NCBI GenBank assembly: GCA_965222375.1
Contig: CBDCTZ010000016.1
Location: 2,688,001 to 2,752,000, forward strand
DNA length: 64,000 nt
Direction of reading: 5' to 3'
DNA from: Polyangiaceae bacterium
Lineage (GTDB): Bacteria; Myxococcota_A; Polyangia; Polyangiales; Polyangiaceae
The notes under the pieces: model-generated
Database searches by the model: none
Told to the model about the DNA's origin: nothing
What the model saw: only the letters and a program-made list of their open reading frames with translations
Program-made: the position numbers and the translations under genes
Part shown: positions 10,052-19,477 of the stretch, piece after piece
How the letters are laid out: every line of letters starts with the position of its first letter
How positions within the stretch are numbered: the stretch's first letter is position 1

Positions 10052-11056
10052 ATGCGAAGCCAATTCGACGATCCCGGCGGACGCCCCGACGTGGGCGAAG
10101 TCGTGAACCAAGTCTCCGACGCCTTCCGGCGCAACATGCGGAACCTCGGGCCCATCATCGCAGGAATTGTGGTGCTGGTCCTACTGGCTACGGGCATCTA
10201 CATGGTGGACCCCGGCGAGCAAGGGGTCGTGCGGACCTTTGGCCGTGAGTCAGGTAAGACCGGGCCCGGGCTGCACTATCGTTTTCCGTTCGTACAAAAG
10301 GTCGATGTCGTCAACGTCGAGCAGATTCGACGCATCGAAGTGGGCTTCCGTGGGGACCAGCGTGTACCCCACGAGGCGCTGATGCTGACCGGTGACGAGA
10401 ACATCGTCGAGGCTCAGATGATCGTGCAGTACCGCGTGACCGACCCGAGCAAATACTTGTTCCGCATTCGTGAGCCCGAAGAAACTCTGCGCGCGACGGC
10501 AGAGGTCGCGCTGCGCAGCATGGTTGGGCGGACAAGCATTGACGAGGTGATCACCACCGGCCGCGAAAAGGTTCAGAGCGAGACGCGGGGATGGCTGCAA
10601 AAGCTGATGGATGAGTACCAGAGCGGTGTCAGCATCACTGAAGTCAAGCTCCAGACCGTGGACGCGCCCGATGAGGTCAAGGAGGCCTTCCACGACGTGG
10701 TGCGAGCCCGAGAAGAGAAAGAGAAGCTCATCAATCAGGCCAAGGGCTACAAGGCGGATCTGATTCCCCGAGCCCGCGGCGAATCTCGAAAGATCGAGCG
10801 CGCTGCCGAAGCCTACAAAGAGCAGCGCGTGCTTCGGGCGAGCGGTGACGCCGCTAAGTTCGATTCCGTGTTGTTGGAATATCGCAAGGCTGAGCGCGTC
10901 ACCCGCGAGCGCATGTACCTAGAAACCATGGAGCGAATCCTCGGCAAGATTGACAAGAAGGTCGTGGTCGACAAGGACCTCGCGAAAGGCGCTCTGCCTA
11001 TCCTGCCCATTGGCCAACAAGCCGCTGGTGCGGTTTCCGTCACGGGGGGCAAGTAA
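10052..11056 (+). CDS. hflK: FtsH protease modulator HflK
   Basis: SPFH domain, MLTGDENIV and VTRERMYLETME; paired with hflC. Confidence 0.95.
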   Translation: MRSQFDDPGGRPDVGEVVNQVSDAFRRNMRNLGPIIAGIVVLVLLATGIYMVDPGEQGVVRTFGRESGKTGPGLHYRFPFVQKVDVVNVEQIRRIEVGFRGDQRVPHEALMLTGDENIVEAQMIVQYRVTDPSKYLFRIREPEETLRATAEVALRSMVGRTSIDEVITTGREKVQSETRGWLQKLMDEYQSGVSITEVKLQTVDAPDEVKEAFHDVVRAREEKEKLINQAKGYKADLIPRARGESRKIERAAEAYKEQRVLRASGDAAKFDSVLLEYRKAERVTRERMYLETMERILGKIDKKVVVDKDLAKGALPILPIGQQAAGAVSVTGGK

Positions 11057-11058
11057 TC

Positions 11059-11916
11059 ATGAAATCAGGTCTATTCGTAATCATCTTGGCGCTGCTCAGT
11101 GTCGGCTGGTCCAGCATCTTTGTGGTGGACGAAGGCCAATTGGCCATCGTGGTCCAGTTCGGCGAATACAAGCGCACCGTGGACAAACCCGGGCTCTACT
11201 TCAAAACGCCGTTCGTGCAGACCGTGCACAGCATGGAGCGCCGCATCATGGGTAGCGATACGCCGCCCGCGGAGTACCTGACGCTGGACAAGAAGCGTTT
11301 GGTGGCCGATCCGGTAAGCCGTTGGCGCATCGTCGACCCTCTCAAGTACTACAAGACCGTACACGATGAGAGTGGAGCCAAGGCTCGCTTGGACGACATC
11401 ATCAACAGTGAAATGCGTCGGGAACTAGCGAGCCATAACTTTGGTGACATCATCGGCAATGCACGTGACCCGATGATGCAGCGTGTGGCCCTTGCTACGC
11501 GCGAGCAGACCAAGGAATTTGGTATCGAGATCGTCGATGTGCGCATCAAGCGCGCCGACTTGCCCCGGGAGGTGCAGGAAAGCGTGTTCGCGCGCATGCG
11601 CGCCGAGCGTGACCGGGTCGCCAAGAAGTACCGTTCCGAGGGCGAAGAGGAGGCTGCCAAGATCCGCGCAGACACGGACAAAGAAAAGACGATTCTGCTC
11701 GCGAAAGCCTACGAAACATCGGAAAAGACTCGGGGTGAGGGAGACGCCGAGAGCACCAAGATCTACGCGGACGCGTACGGCAAAGATCCGGAGTTCTACG
11801 CCTTTACGCGCAGCTTGGACACCTATGAGAAGGCTATGGGCGAGCAGAGTACGCTCGTGCTTTCGACGGGCTCGGACTTGTTCCAGTACCTGTCGAAGGC
11901 GCGAGGGAAGCCGTGA
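11059..11916 (+). CDS. hflC: FtsH protease modulator HflC
   Basis: TLDKKRLVAD, DVRIKRADLP, RMRAER and DPEFYAFTRSL motifs. Confidence 0.95.
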   Translation: MKSGLFVIILALLSVGWSSIFVVDEGQLAIVVQFGEYKRTVDKPGLYFKTPFVQTVHSMERRIMGSDTPPAEYLTLDKKRLVADPVSRWRIVDPLKYYKTVHDESGAKARLDDIINSEMRRELASHNFGDIIGNARDPMMQRVALATREQTKEFGIEIVDVRIKRADLPREVQESVFARMRAERDRVAKKYRSEGEEEAAKIRADTDKEKTILLAKAYETSEKTRGEGDAESTKIYADAYGKDPEFYAFTRSLDTYEKAMGEQSTLVLSTGSDLFQYLSKARGKP

Positions 11917-12517
11917 GCATAGCCACGCCGCTCCTCCTCTTTCGTACGTAGGGCTGCTCGACAATCAAATTCCAGGCCTCGCCTTGCCGCCAAAAACGAC
12001 CGGACAGTTCCGGGACACGTTTGGCACGGGCTCCGATGATCATGCCGACGATCGCGGAAGCGCTCGTTGCGGGGCGGCCACCCGCGTGAGTCAGCACATC
12101 CCCATCGATGAGCCCAACGCCCAGCCCGGACACGCCGGCTAGTGCCAAACCTGGGGGCCGGTTGCCGCGAGCGGGGACGAATATTCCACTTGGACGTGCT
12201 CCGGCGTTTGCGAGCTGGAGCACGCGTGCGGCGCGAATGCGGACGCCCTTCTTAGGGATCGCGCTACGAGCGACTGGGGGCCGCGGGCGCACGCTGGTGG
12301 GGCGGGGGGAGCTCACTTCGTCTGAGGGTTGCTTGGGGGCCTCGAGCGGCACGTCTGCTTCGACGAAAACGGCCGCGGGCTCGGGTGTCGCCGGCGTGAG
12401 CACTTTCGCTGCGTTTGCCAGGCTACGTGCAATGCTTGGCGCGGCTATCTCGACGCTGTACGCGCTGAGAGCGCCGGCGAGTGGCAGAAGCGTGAGCGCG
12501 TACAGCACGTGGCGCAT
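11834..12517 (-). CDS. Hypothetical exported protein with a PDZ-like C-terminal segment
   Basis: N-terminal hydrophobic segment, Pro-rich linker, then GLALAGVSGLGVGLIDGDVLTHAGG (resembles the PDZ GL-x-x-GD-V/I motif). Overlaps the hflC 3' end convergently. Confidence 0.55.
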   Translation of the reverse strand: MRHVLYALTLLPLAGALSAYSVEIAAPSIARSLANAAKVLTPATPEPAAVFVEADVPLEAPKQPSDEVSSPRPTSVRPRPPVARSAIPKKGVRIRAARVLQLANAGARPSGIFVPARGNRPPGLALAGVSGLGVGLIDGDVLTHAGGRPATSASAIVGMIIGARAKRVPELSGRFWRQGEAWNLIVEQPYVRKRRSGVAMLTASLAPSTGTGTSPSPSKARAYSARP

Positions 12518-12687
12518 GATGAGAGCAGTCTAGCGCGCTCGCCGCCTGAGGGGAATTTGTGAGCTGCGGGCCGGAATTTGGCCTGACGAAAAGGCTCGCC
12601 CTGAGGTCCGGATGCACGGTCTTGCGGCCGGACTCAGGCCCGAGCAGGTTGCTCGGAGGCAGTCGTTGATTTGTGTTGGAGGCTCTC

Positions 12688-14127
12688 ATGGCACTAGAGA
12701 AGCGGTACCCCTACTACCTGGCCAGCGAAGCGGTCTTCGCGAACGAGGACCTGGCGGTCACGAACAAATACACGGGTGAGGTCGCCACCCGGGTCGCGCT
12801 TGCAGACGCCGCGGCGATCGATACGGGCATCGCCGCCGCATCGGAAGTCGCCCCAGCACTCGCCCGCCTACCTGCATACCGACGCCAGGACGTGTTGATG
12901 CATTGCGTGTCGCGGTTTCAGAGTCGCTTCGACGAACTCGCGCATAGCCTGTGTGTCGAGGCTGGCAAGCCGATCAAAGACGCAAAGGGAGAGGTTTCTC
13001 GCTTGATCGATACCTTCCGCGTGGCAGCGGAGGAGAGCGTGCGCATCTGTGGCGAGATCATGCCCCTAGATATCAGCGCGCGCGCTGCGGCCTATCAGGG
13101 CATGTGGAAGCGCGTGCCCGTTGGCCCGTGTTCCTTCATCTCCCCCTTCAATTTTCCCCTCAACCTCGCAGCCCACAAAGTGGCGCCCGCCCTCGCCGCA
13201 GGTTGCCCGTTTGTACTCAAGCCGGCGAGTCTCACACCCGTCGGGGCCATATTGATCGGCGAAGTGCTTGCGGAAACAGATCTCCCACCAGGTACATTTT
13301 CCATCTTGCCGTGTCGGCGCGAAGGGGCGTACCTGTTCACGACGGACGACAGGCTCAAGCTGCTCAGCTTCACTGGGAGCCCTGGTGTCGGCTGGGATCT
13401 CAAGGCGCGAGCCGGCAAGAAGAAAGTGGTGCTGGAGCTCGGTGGCAATGCCGCCGTGGTGGTGGATGCGGACGCTGATCTAGAGGACGCGGTCGATCGC
13501 ATCGTCGTCGGTGCGTACTACCAGTCTGGTCAGAGTTGCATAGGTGTGCAGCGCATCATTGCCCATGAAGATGTGTACGACGCCCTGAAGGCCCGCCTAG
13601 TCGACCGAGTTCGGAATCTCGTTTGCGGGGATCCCCTGGATGAAGCGACCTTCATCGGGCCAATCATCAGTGTCCGGGAGGCCGAGCGAATCGAGAGCTG
13701 GATCTCTCGCGCCGTGGATTCAGGTGCCAAGCTACTTTGCGGTGGCCATCGGGATGGCGCGATGTTGACCCCCGCCGTCCTCGAAAACGTTGCCAAGAGC
13801 GAGCCGCTATATGCCGAGGAGGCCTTCGGCCCGGTGGCAGTTCTGAGCAAGTTTCGAGATTTCGAATCCGCCTTGGAGGAAGTGAACGACAGCAAGTTCG
13901 GGCTTCAGGCCGGGGTCTTCACCCGGGACTTGGAAAAAGCGCTGCTGGCCTGGGAGCAGTTGGAAGTGGGTGGGGTGGTGGTCGGCGACGTGCCCAGCTT
14001 CCGCGTGGACAACATGCCCTACGGCGGAGTGAAGGACAGCGGCCTGGGCCGTGAAGGGATCCGCTGGTCGATCGAAGACATGACGGAGCCCCGGCTGATG
14101 GTGCTCAGGCGCTCATCGCGGAAGTAA
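12688..14127 (+). CDS. Aldehyde dehydrogenase family protein
   Basis: PFNFP, FTGS, LELGGNA, catalytic GQSCI, EEAFGP and PYGGVKDSGLGREG; GGAGG upstream of ATG 12688. Confidence 0.95.
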   Translation: MALEKRYPYYLASEAVFANEDLAVTNKYTGEVATRVALADAAAIDTGIAAASEVAPALARLPAYRRQDVLMHCVSRFQSRFDELAHSLCVEAGKPIKDAKGEVSRLIDTFRVAAEESVRICGEIMPLDISARAAAYQGMWKRVPVGPCSFISPFNFPLNLAAHKVAPALAAGCPFVLKPASLTPVGAILIGEVLAETDLPPGTFSILPCRREGAYLFTTDDRLKLLSFTGSPGVGWDLKARAGKKKVVLELGGNAAVVVDADADLEDAVDRIVVGAYYQSGQSCIGVQRIIAHEDVYDALKARLVDRVRNLVCGDPLDEATFIGPIISVREAERIESWISRAVDSGAKLLCGGHRDGAMLTPAVLENVAKSEPLYAEEAFGPVAVLSKFRDFESALEEVNDSKFGLQAGVFTRDLEKALLAWEQLEVGGVVVGDVPSFRVDNMPYGGVKDSGLGREGIRWSIEDMTEPRLMVLRRSSRK

Positions 14128-14159
14128 CCTACTGAAACTATTAGTTAAAATCCAGGGGC

Positions 14160-14201
14160 TTGCGAAAACGGCGACAAGGATTATTATCAGTCGAATGATA
14201 A
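14160..14201 (+). promoter_or_regulatory. Sigma70-like promoter (TTGCGA-N16-TATTAT) with an overlapping palindromic operator TTATCA-GTCGAA-TGATAA, probably bound by the operon's TetR
   Basis: -35 at 14160-14165, -10 at 14182-14187, inverted repeat at 14184-14201 covering the ATG at 14195. Confidence 0.6.
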
Positions 14202-15160
14202 AGAAATGGCGATGGAATTGGACCCTCGTCCTACCGCTCTTGGGCTGCACCGCAGCCCGCGGCGAACCCCCTGGCGCGTTTCAAGGGGTCGTGGAACTGG
14301 ACGAGCGCGACGTTGCCTTCGAGCTGCCGGGTCGCGTGAAGAGTCTGAAGGTCAAGCGCGGTGACCGCGTCAAGCTCGGAGATACTCTTGCGGCGCTCGA
14401 CGAGTCGCTGGAGACAGCCGCCAAGGAAGTTCGCCAGGCAGAAGTCAACGCCGCCCAGGCGGACGTGAAGAGAGTCAAGGCGGGCAGCCGGAGCGAAGAG
14501 ATCCGCGCTGCAGCAGCACAGGTGCGTGCGGCAAAGGCGCAGGAAGCCCGGATTGCACGCAATCTTGGGCGAGAGCGCACTCTAGCGGCACGGGATATCA
14601 CGCCGAAGTCGCGCGTGGACGACCTGCAGGACCAACTCGCGGGTGCGAAAGCCGAACGCCAGGCGCTGGAGCAGAAGCTCAAGGGACTTCGGCGCGGCGC
14701 ACGCAAGACGGATGTAGCGTCCGCTCAATCCCGTGCTCAGGTGGCCGAGCAAGGGGTTGCCCTGGAAGATCAACGCTTGGCCCGCCACACCCTGACCGCG
14801 CCGATGGCAGGGATGGTCCTTGACGTTCACATCGAGGCTGGCGAAGTAGTTAACGTCGGCACGCCCGTCGTCACGATCGGTGACGTGCGCGCGCCCCACG
14901 CAGACATATTCGTGCCCATTGGCAAGCTGGACGGCGTGAAGGTGGGGGCGCGCGGGACGATCAAAGTAGATGCGGTCAAGCAGGCACTACCAGTCACTGT
15001 CGATCACGTCTCCCGTCGGACTGAATTCACCCCGCGTTACCTGTTTAGCGAGCAAGAACGGCCCAGCCTCGTCGTCCGAGTCCGCGTGCGCATAGAAGAC
15101 CCCGAGCAGAAACTGCACGCCGGCGTCCCGGCATTCGTCAGCTTGGATTCCGGGCCGTGA
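14195..15160 (+). CDS. HlyD-family periplasmic adaptor (YbhG-like), probable lipoprotein
   Basis: LLGC lipobox-like signal, lipoyl half-motifs (GRVKSLKVKRGDRVK; APMAGMV), coiled coil, EFTPR motif. Confidence 0.9.
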   Translation: MIKKWRWNWTLVLPLLGCTAARGEPPGAFQGVVELDERDVAFELPGRVKSLKVKRGDRVKLGDTLAALDESLETAAKEVRQAEVNAAQADVKRVKAGSRSEEIRAAAAQVRAAKAQEARIARNLGRERTLAARDITPKSRVDDLQDQLAGAKAERQALEQKLKGLRRGARKTDVASAQSRAQVAEQGVALEDQRLARHTLTAPMAGMVLDVHIEAGEVVNVGTPVVTIGDVRAPHADIFVPIGKLDGVKVGARGTIKVDAVKQALPVTVDHVSRRTEFTPRYLFSEQERPSLVVRVRVRIEDPEQKLHAGVPAFVSLDSGP

Positions 15161-16104
15161 CCGAGCCCATCGTTGTCACCGAGCACCTTTCCCGCTCTTT
15201 TGGGGCTCTCGTGGCCGTGCGCGACCTCAATCTGAGCGTGCAGCGCGGTGAGATTTTTGGGGTTCTGGGCCCGAACGGAGCCGGCAAGAGCACCACCATC
15301 CGCATGCTCTGCGGGATCCTCGACCCGAGCGGTGGGCGGGGCACCGTGGTCGGCTTCGACATCAAGCGCGACGCCGAGCGGATCAAAGAGCGCATCGGCT
15401 ACATGACCCAGCGCTTCAGTCTGTACGAAGACCTCTCGGTTCAGGAGAACCTATCCTTCTACGCAGGCATCTACGGCGTGCCTTTCCGCGGCCGGAGAGC
15501 ACGGGTCGCGGAAGTGATGGAGGCGACGGGTCTGACCCAACGTCGCAAGCAGCTGGCGGGCACGTTGTCCGGCGGATGGAAGCAAAGGGTCGCACTGGCG
15601 AGCGCGACTATTCATAATCCGCCGCTTCTGTTTCTGGACGAGCCTACCGCGGGTGTCGACCCCGTGAGCCGCCGAGAGTTTTGGGAGCAGATCCACCGAT
15701 TGAGCGCGGAAGGAACCACGGTGCTCATGACGACTCACTACATGGACGAGGCGGAGCGTTGCCACCGCCTGGCCTTCATCTTCAAGGGGTCGGTTTTGGA
15801 CGTGGGGAGTCCGGATGAAATCGTCGAGAGGCGAGGTCTCTCCGTGATCGAGTTGATGACGGACAATGCCATCGAAGCAGCGGACTTTTTGCGTGGGCAA
15901 GCCATCGTGGACGAGGTGGCGCCCTACGGTCACGTGTTGCGGGTCGCGACTTACGCTGCAGATGATGCAGAAGCCACGATCAAGAAATTGCTTGGCACGC
16001 AAGGAATCCAGGTCAGCCGGGTTCGGCAGGCGCGTACGACCGTGGAAGACGCCTTCGTCAGCATGGTGCGGGCTGAGCACCGGGGAGAAGAGGCCGCAGC
16101 ATGA
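15157..16104 (+). CDS. ABC transporter ATP-binding protein (YbhF-like)
   Basis: Walker A GPNGAGKST, signature LSGGW, Walker B LFLDEPT. Confidence 0.95.
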   Translation: MTEPIVVTEHLSRSFGALVAVRDLNLSVQRGEIFGVLGPNGAGKSTTIRMLCGILDPSGGRGTVVGFDIKRDAERIKERIGYMTQRFSLYEDLSVQENLSFYAGIYGVPFRGRRARVAEVMEATGLTQRRKQLAGTLSGGWKQRVALASATIHNPPLLFLDEPTAGVDPVSRREFWEQIHRLSAEGTTVLMTTHYMDEAERCHRLAFIFKGSVLDVGSPDEIVERRGLSVIELMTDNAIEAADFLRGQAIVDEVAPYGHVLRVATYAADDAEATIKKLLGTQGIQVSRVRQARTTVEDAFVSMVRAEHRGEEAAA

Positions 16105-17222
16105 ACAGTCGGCCGTGGGTGATCGCCCGCAAAGAGTTGCTTCAGCTTCGCCGAGACCGCCTCACCCTCGCCATGATGGTGGCGCTGCCAGTGATGCAGC
16201 TCTTGCTCTTCGGCTACGCGATCAATACGGACGTGCGCAACATCCCGACTATTGTTTACGACCAGGATCGGACGGCCGCATCTCGGGATCTCGTCCGCGG
16301 CCTCGCGGAAACCGGTTTCTACGACGTCGTAGGCAACGTCCGTGACTACTCGGAAATAGAGACCGCAGTGCGAAGTAGCAAAGCTCGGGTCGCCGTCGTG
16401 ATCCCGACTCGGTTTTCCTCGGACTTGAAACTGGGGCGGCCCACTCAAGTGCAGTTGATTGTCGATGGATCGGATCCCCAAACCGTCGCTAGTGCAACCA
16501 ACACTGCCGCGTCGTTGGTGGCAGCGCGTTCGGCAGAGCTAATGGTGCGGCGACTTGGGCAGAGTGGCGCACCTGCGCAGCCGATGCAGTTGGAACCTAG
16601 CACCTGGTACAACCCGGACTTGCGCACAGTCGTGTTCATCGTGCCCGGCCTCGTCGGTGTGATCTTGACGATGACCATGGTGATGCTGACGTCCATGGCC
16701 ATTGCCCGTGAGCGAGAACGCGGGACGCTGGAACAATTGATCGTTTCGCCGGTGCGAAACATCGAGCTGATCGTCGGAAAGATCGTCCCGTACATCGCAA
16801 TCGGCTACCTGCAGATGACGCTGATTCTGGTGGCCGGCAGCTGGGTATTCGACGTGCCCATCAACGGCTCTCTGCCATTGCTTTACGGCTTGGCCAGCGT
16901 GTTTATTGCCGCCAACCTGGCGATTGGTTTGTTTTTCTCGACCCTCGCCAAGACCCAGCAGCAGGCGATGCAGATGTCATTCTTCTTCTTGCTGCCGAAC
17001 ATCCTGCTCTCGGGCTTCATGTTCCCCTTCGAAGCCATGCCTGTGCCGGCGCAGTGGCTTTCGACGGGGCTCCCGCTGACTCACTTCTTGCGCGTCGTGC
17101 GGGGCATCACCTTGCGCGGCGCGGACTTCGCTGACTTGCAGATGGAGTTGGTGTGGCTCGTTGGAATCCTGGCCGCGCTCGTGACCCTCGCGTCCCTGCG
17201 CTTCACCAAGAAGCTGACCTGA
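16101..17222 (+). CDS. ABC-2 type permease (YbhR/S-like)
   Basis: RKELLQLRRD N-terminus, ARERERGTLEQL and LLSGFMFP motifs. Confidence 0.93.
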   Translation: MNSRPWVIARKELLQLRRDRLTLAMMVALPVMQLLLFGYAINTDVRNIPTIVYDQDRTAASRDLVRGLAETGFYDVVGNVRDYSEIETAVRSSKARVAVVIPTRFSSDLKLGRPTQVQLIVDGSDPQTVASATNTAASLVAARSAELMVRRLGQSGAPAQPMQLEPSTWYNPDLRTVVFIVPGLVGVILTMTMVMLTSMAIARERERGTLEQLIVSPVRNIELIVGKIVPYIAIGYLQMTLILVAGSWVFDVPINGSLPLLYGLASVFIAANLAIGLFFSTLAKTQQQAMQMSFFFLLPNILLSGFMFPFEAMPVPAQWLSTGLPLTHFLRVVRGITLRGADFADLQMELVWLVGILAALVTLASLRFTKKLT

Positions 17223-17854
17223 TGTCTCGCCCTCGCAGTGACATCCGTCCGCGCATTCTGCGCGCTGCTCGCAAGAGCTTTCTACAGCACGGTGTTGCCG
17301 GGGCCTCGCTGCGCGAAATCGCGCGGCGCGCTCGAACCAGCATCGGGATGATCTACTACTACTTCAAGACCAAGGACGACCTGTTCCTGGCAGTCGTGGA
17401 AGAGCACTACGAGTCTGTGATTGCGGACTTGGAGGCGGCTCTGCAAGGGCCGGGGGATTTCGAAGAGCGCCTCGTCCGGATGTCGACGCGCATCGGCGAG
17501 CTCAAAGATCTGGAACTCGATACTCTCAAGCTGGTCTTGCGCGAGGCCATGGTCTCGAGCGCGCGAGTGCCTCGCTTGGTCGAGCGTTTCAAGCGAGGGC
17601 ACATCGGGCTCGTCGCCGCGGCTGTGGGTGAGGGCCTGGGCTCGGGCGCCCTTGCCGCCGGCCCACACCCCGGGCTCCTGGTGATGGCTACCTTGGCGGT
17701 CAGCGGAATGCCCCAAATCCTCAGGCGATTCATGGGCGACAACTTCCCCTTTTCCGATGCCCCGGCGGGGGAAGCCATGGCGCGACAGCTTGTCGGAATG
17801 CTGATGCATGGCATCGCGGCCGATGGCGACAATCCGAAAGAGGTAGAAGTATGA
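17222..17854 (+). CDS. TetR/AcrR family transcriptional regulator
   Basis: N-terminal HTH (GASLREIARRARTSIGMIYYYFKTKDDLF); ATG at 17222 overlaps the permease stop. Confidence 0.92.
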   Translation: MSRPRSDIRPRILRAARKSFLQHGVAGASLREIARRARTSIGMIYYYFKTKDDLFLAVVEEHYESVIADLEAALQGPGDFEERLVRMSTRIGELKDLELDTLKLVLREAMVSSARVPRLVERFKRGHIGLVAAAVGEGLGSGALAAGPHPGLLVMATLAVSGMPQILRRFMGDNFPFSDAPAGEAMARQLVGMLMHGIAADGDNPKEVEV

Positions 17855-19359
17855 ACTCACGTCTGTTGCCCCAAGTTACGATCGGGTTGTGCCTGACGCT
17901 CATCAGCGGCGTTGCCTCCGCGCAAGCCGAGCCAGCTACAGAAGAGCAGCCTGCCATCGAAGACCGGTCACCTGTGGAAGTGGCCGTGCCGAAGACGACA
18001 GATTTCGAAACGCGATTGCGTTCTATTGTCTCGCGCCCGGGCGGAATGACTGCTGTGAGTGCTGCTCGGATGGCGGAACGCACCAGCCTGGATGTAAAAG
18101 CGAAGCGTGCCGAAGTCGTGGCTGCGCAAGCTGAGCTAGACCGCGCGCTGGTCGCCTACGCTCCTCGGTTGACGCTGACCGCTCGCTACGTGCGTCTATC
18201 GCCCATTGACGAGCAGAGCTTTGGTCCGGACGGTGTCAATCTGGTCGCGACCCCCTCCGGGACAGGGCCTCTGCCACCGGGAGCCCCCCTGGTGGGCGTT
18301 CCCGGTTCCGCCTTGTCCTTTCCCGTCATTTTGGACCAGTACACACTCCAAGTAGGGCTGGTCGTGCCCGTGAGCGACTACCTGGTCAAGATCCCCAATA
18401 CTCGACGCGCTAGCGCTCGGCTCTCCCAAGGGGTCAGCATGGAACTGCTCGCAGCGCGTCGAGCGTCCCGAACGAACGGCAAGCTGCTGTACTACGAATG
18501 GGTGCGCGCGAAGCTGTCCCAAGTTGCGGCGAAACAGTCCGTTCAACAGGCCACTTCTCACCTCAAGGTCGTGGAAGCCCTCAAGCAAGCCGAGCGGGCG
18601 TCCAAGGCCGACGTGCTGCGGGCGCAAGCGCAGCTGGCGCGCGCCGAGCTGGTGGATACGCGCGCGTCCACTCTCGCCCGGCTCACCGAGGACCGGTTGC
18701 GTACGTCTTTGCACGACAAGTCGCGCAAGCCCTACGAGATAGGCGAAGACGTGTTCGCGACGCCACCGGCGACACCCGTGCGCAGCTCCAGCGCGCTGGT
18801 TGCGGAGGCATTGAAGAAGCGCCCAGAGCTTTCCGCCCTCGAGCGTTCTGGCTCCGCACTCTCTGCACGAGCGAAAGCGACGCGTTCTGCCGGTTATCCT
18901 CGCCTAGATGCGTTTGGTAACGTGTATTACGCAAACCCAAACCAACGATACGTGCCACAGTCCAAAGCCTGGCGTGCTACTTGGGACGTCGGAGTCCAGC
19001 TGACTTGGACGCCAAACGATTTCTTCAGCGCCTCCGCCGGCGCCGACGCTCTGCACGCGCGCCGCTCTGCGGTCGACGCTCAGTCATCCAGGCTTCGAGA
19101 TCAGATACGCACTGAGGTCGTCAACGCGCATGGCGCATTGACTGAGGCGACCAAGGCGGTTTCCGCGGCCCAGCGTGGCTTGGTCGCCGCAGAGGAGTCC
19201 TACCGAGTGCAATCGGAGCTATTCCGGTTCGGGCGTGCCACCTCAGTGGCGTTGACGGATGCGGAAACTGAGCTCCTGCAGGCTCGCCTCGAGGCCATCA
19301 ACGTGCGTGTTGACTGGCGGGCGGCTCGAGCCCGCCTCGACCACGCTCTGGGGCGCTGA
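17851..19359 (+). CDS. TolC family outer-membrane efflux protein
   Basis: Signal peptide, duplicated OEP repeats (ALKKRPEL, AEESYRV...FRFGRAT); last gene of the efflux operon. Confidence 0.88.
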   Translation: MNSRLLPQVTIGLCLTLISGVASAQAEPATEEQPAIEDRSPVEVAVPKTTDFETRLRSIVSRPGGMTAVSAARMAERTSLDVKAKRAEVVAAQAELDRALVAYAPRLTLTARYVRLSPIDEQSFGPDGVNLVATPSGTGPLPPGAPLVGVPGSALSFPVILDQYTLQVGLVVPVSDYLVKIPNTRRASARLSQGVSMELLAARRASRTNGKLLYYEWVRAKLSQVAAKQSVQQATSHLKVVEALKQAERASKADVLRAQAQLARAELVDTRASTLARLTEDRLRTSLHDKSRKPYEIGEDVFATPPATPVRSSSALVAEALKKRPELSALERSGSALSARAKATRSAGYPRLDAFGNVYYANPNQRYVPQSKAWRATWDVGVQLTWTPNDFFSASAGADALHARRSAVDAQSSRLRDQIRTEVVNAHGALTEATKAVSAAQRGLVAAEESYRVQSELFRFGRATSVALTDAETELLQARLEAINVRVDWRAARARLDHALGR

Positions 19360-19477
19360 GGAAAACCAGTCTGGCTGCACGATTGCAGCCCTCGTACAAA
19401 ATCTTTTTAGTTTCAGGCGTTTATCGACCTGTGCTCCAGTGTGGGACGATGTAGGCTTGTGTCTAGGAAGGCGACAC

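Noticed and set aside
19373..19390. Hairpin ggctgca-cgat-tgcagcc after tolC
   Set aside because: Short stem without an adjacent U-tract; too weak to call a terminator.
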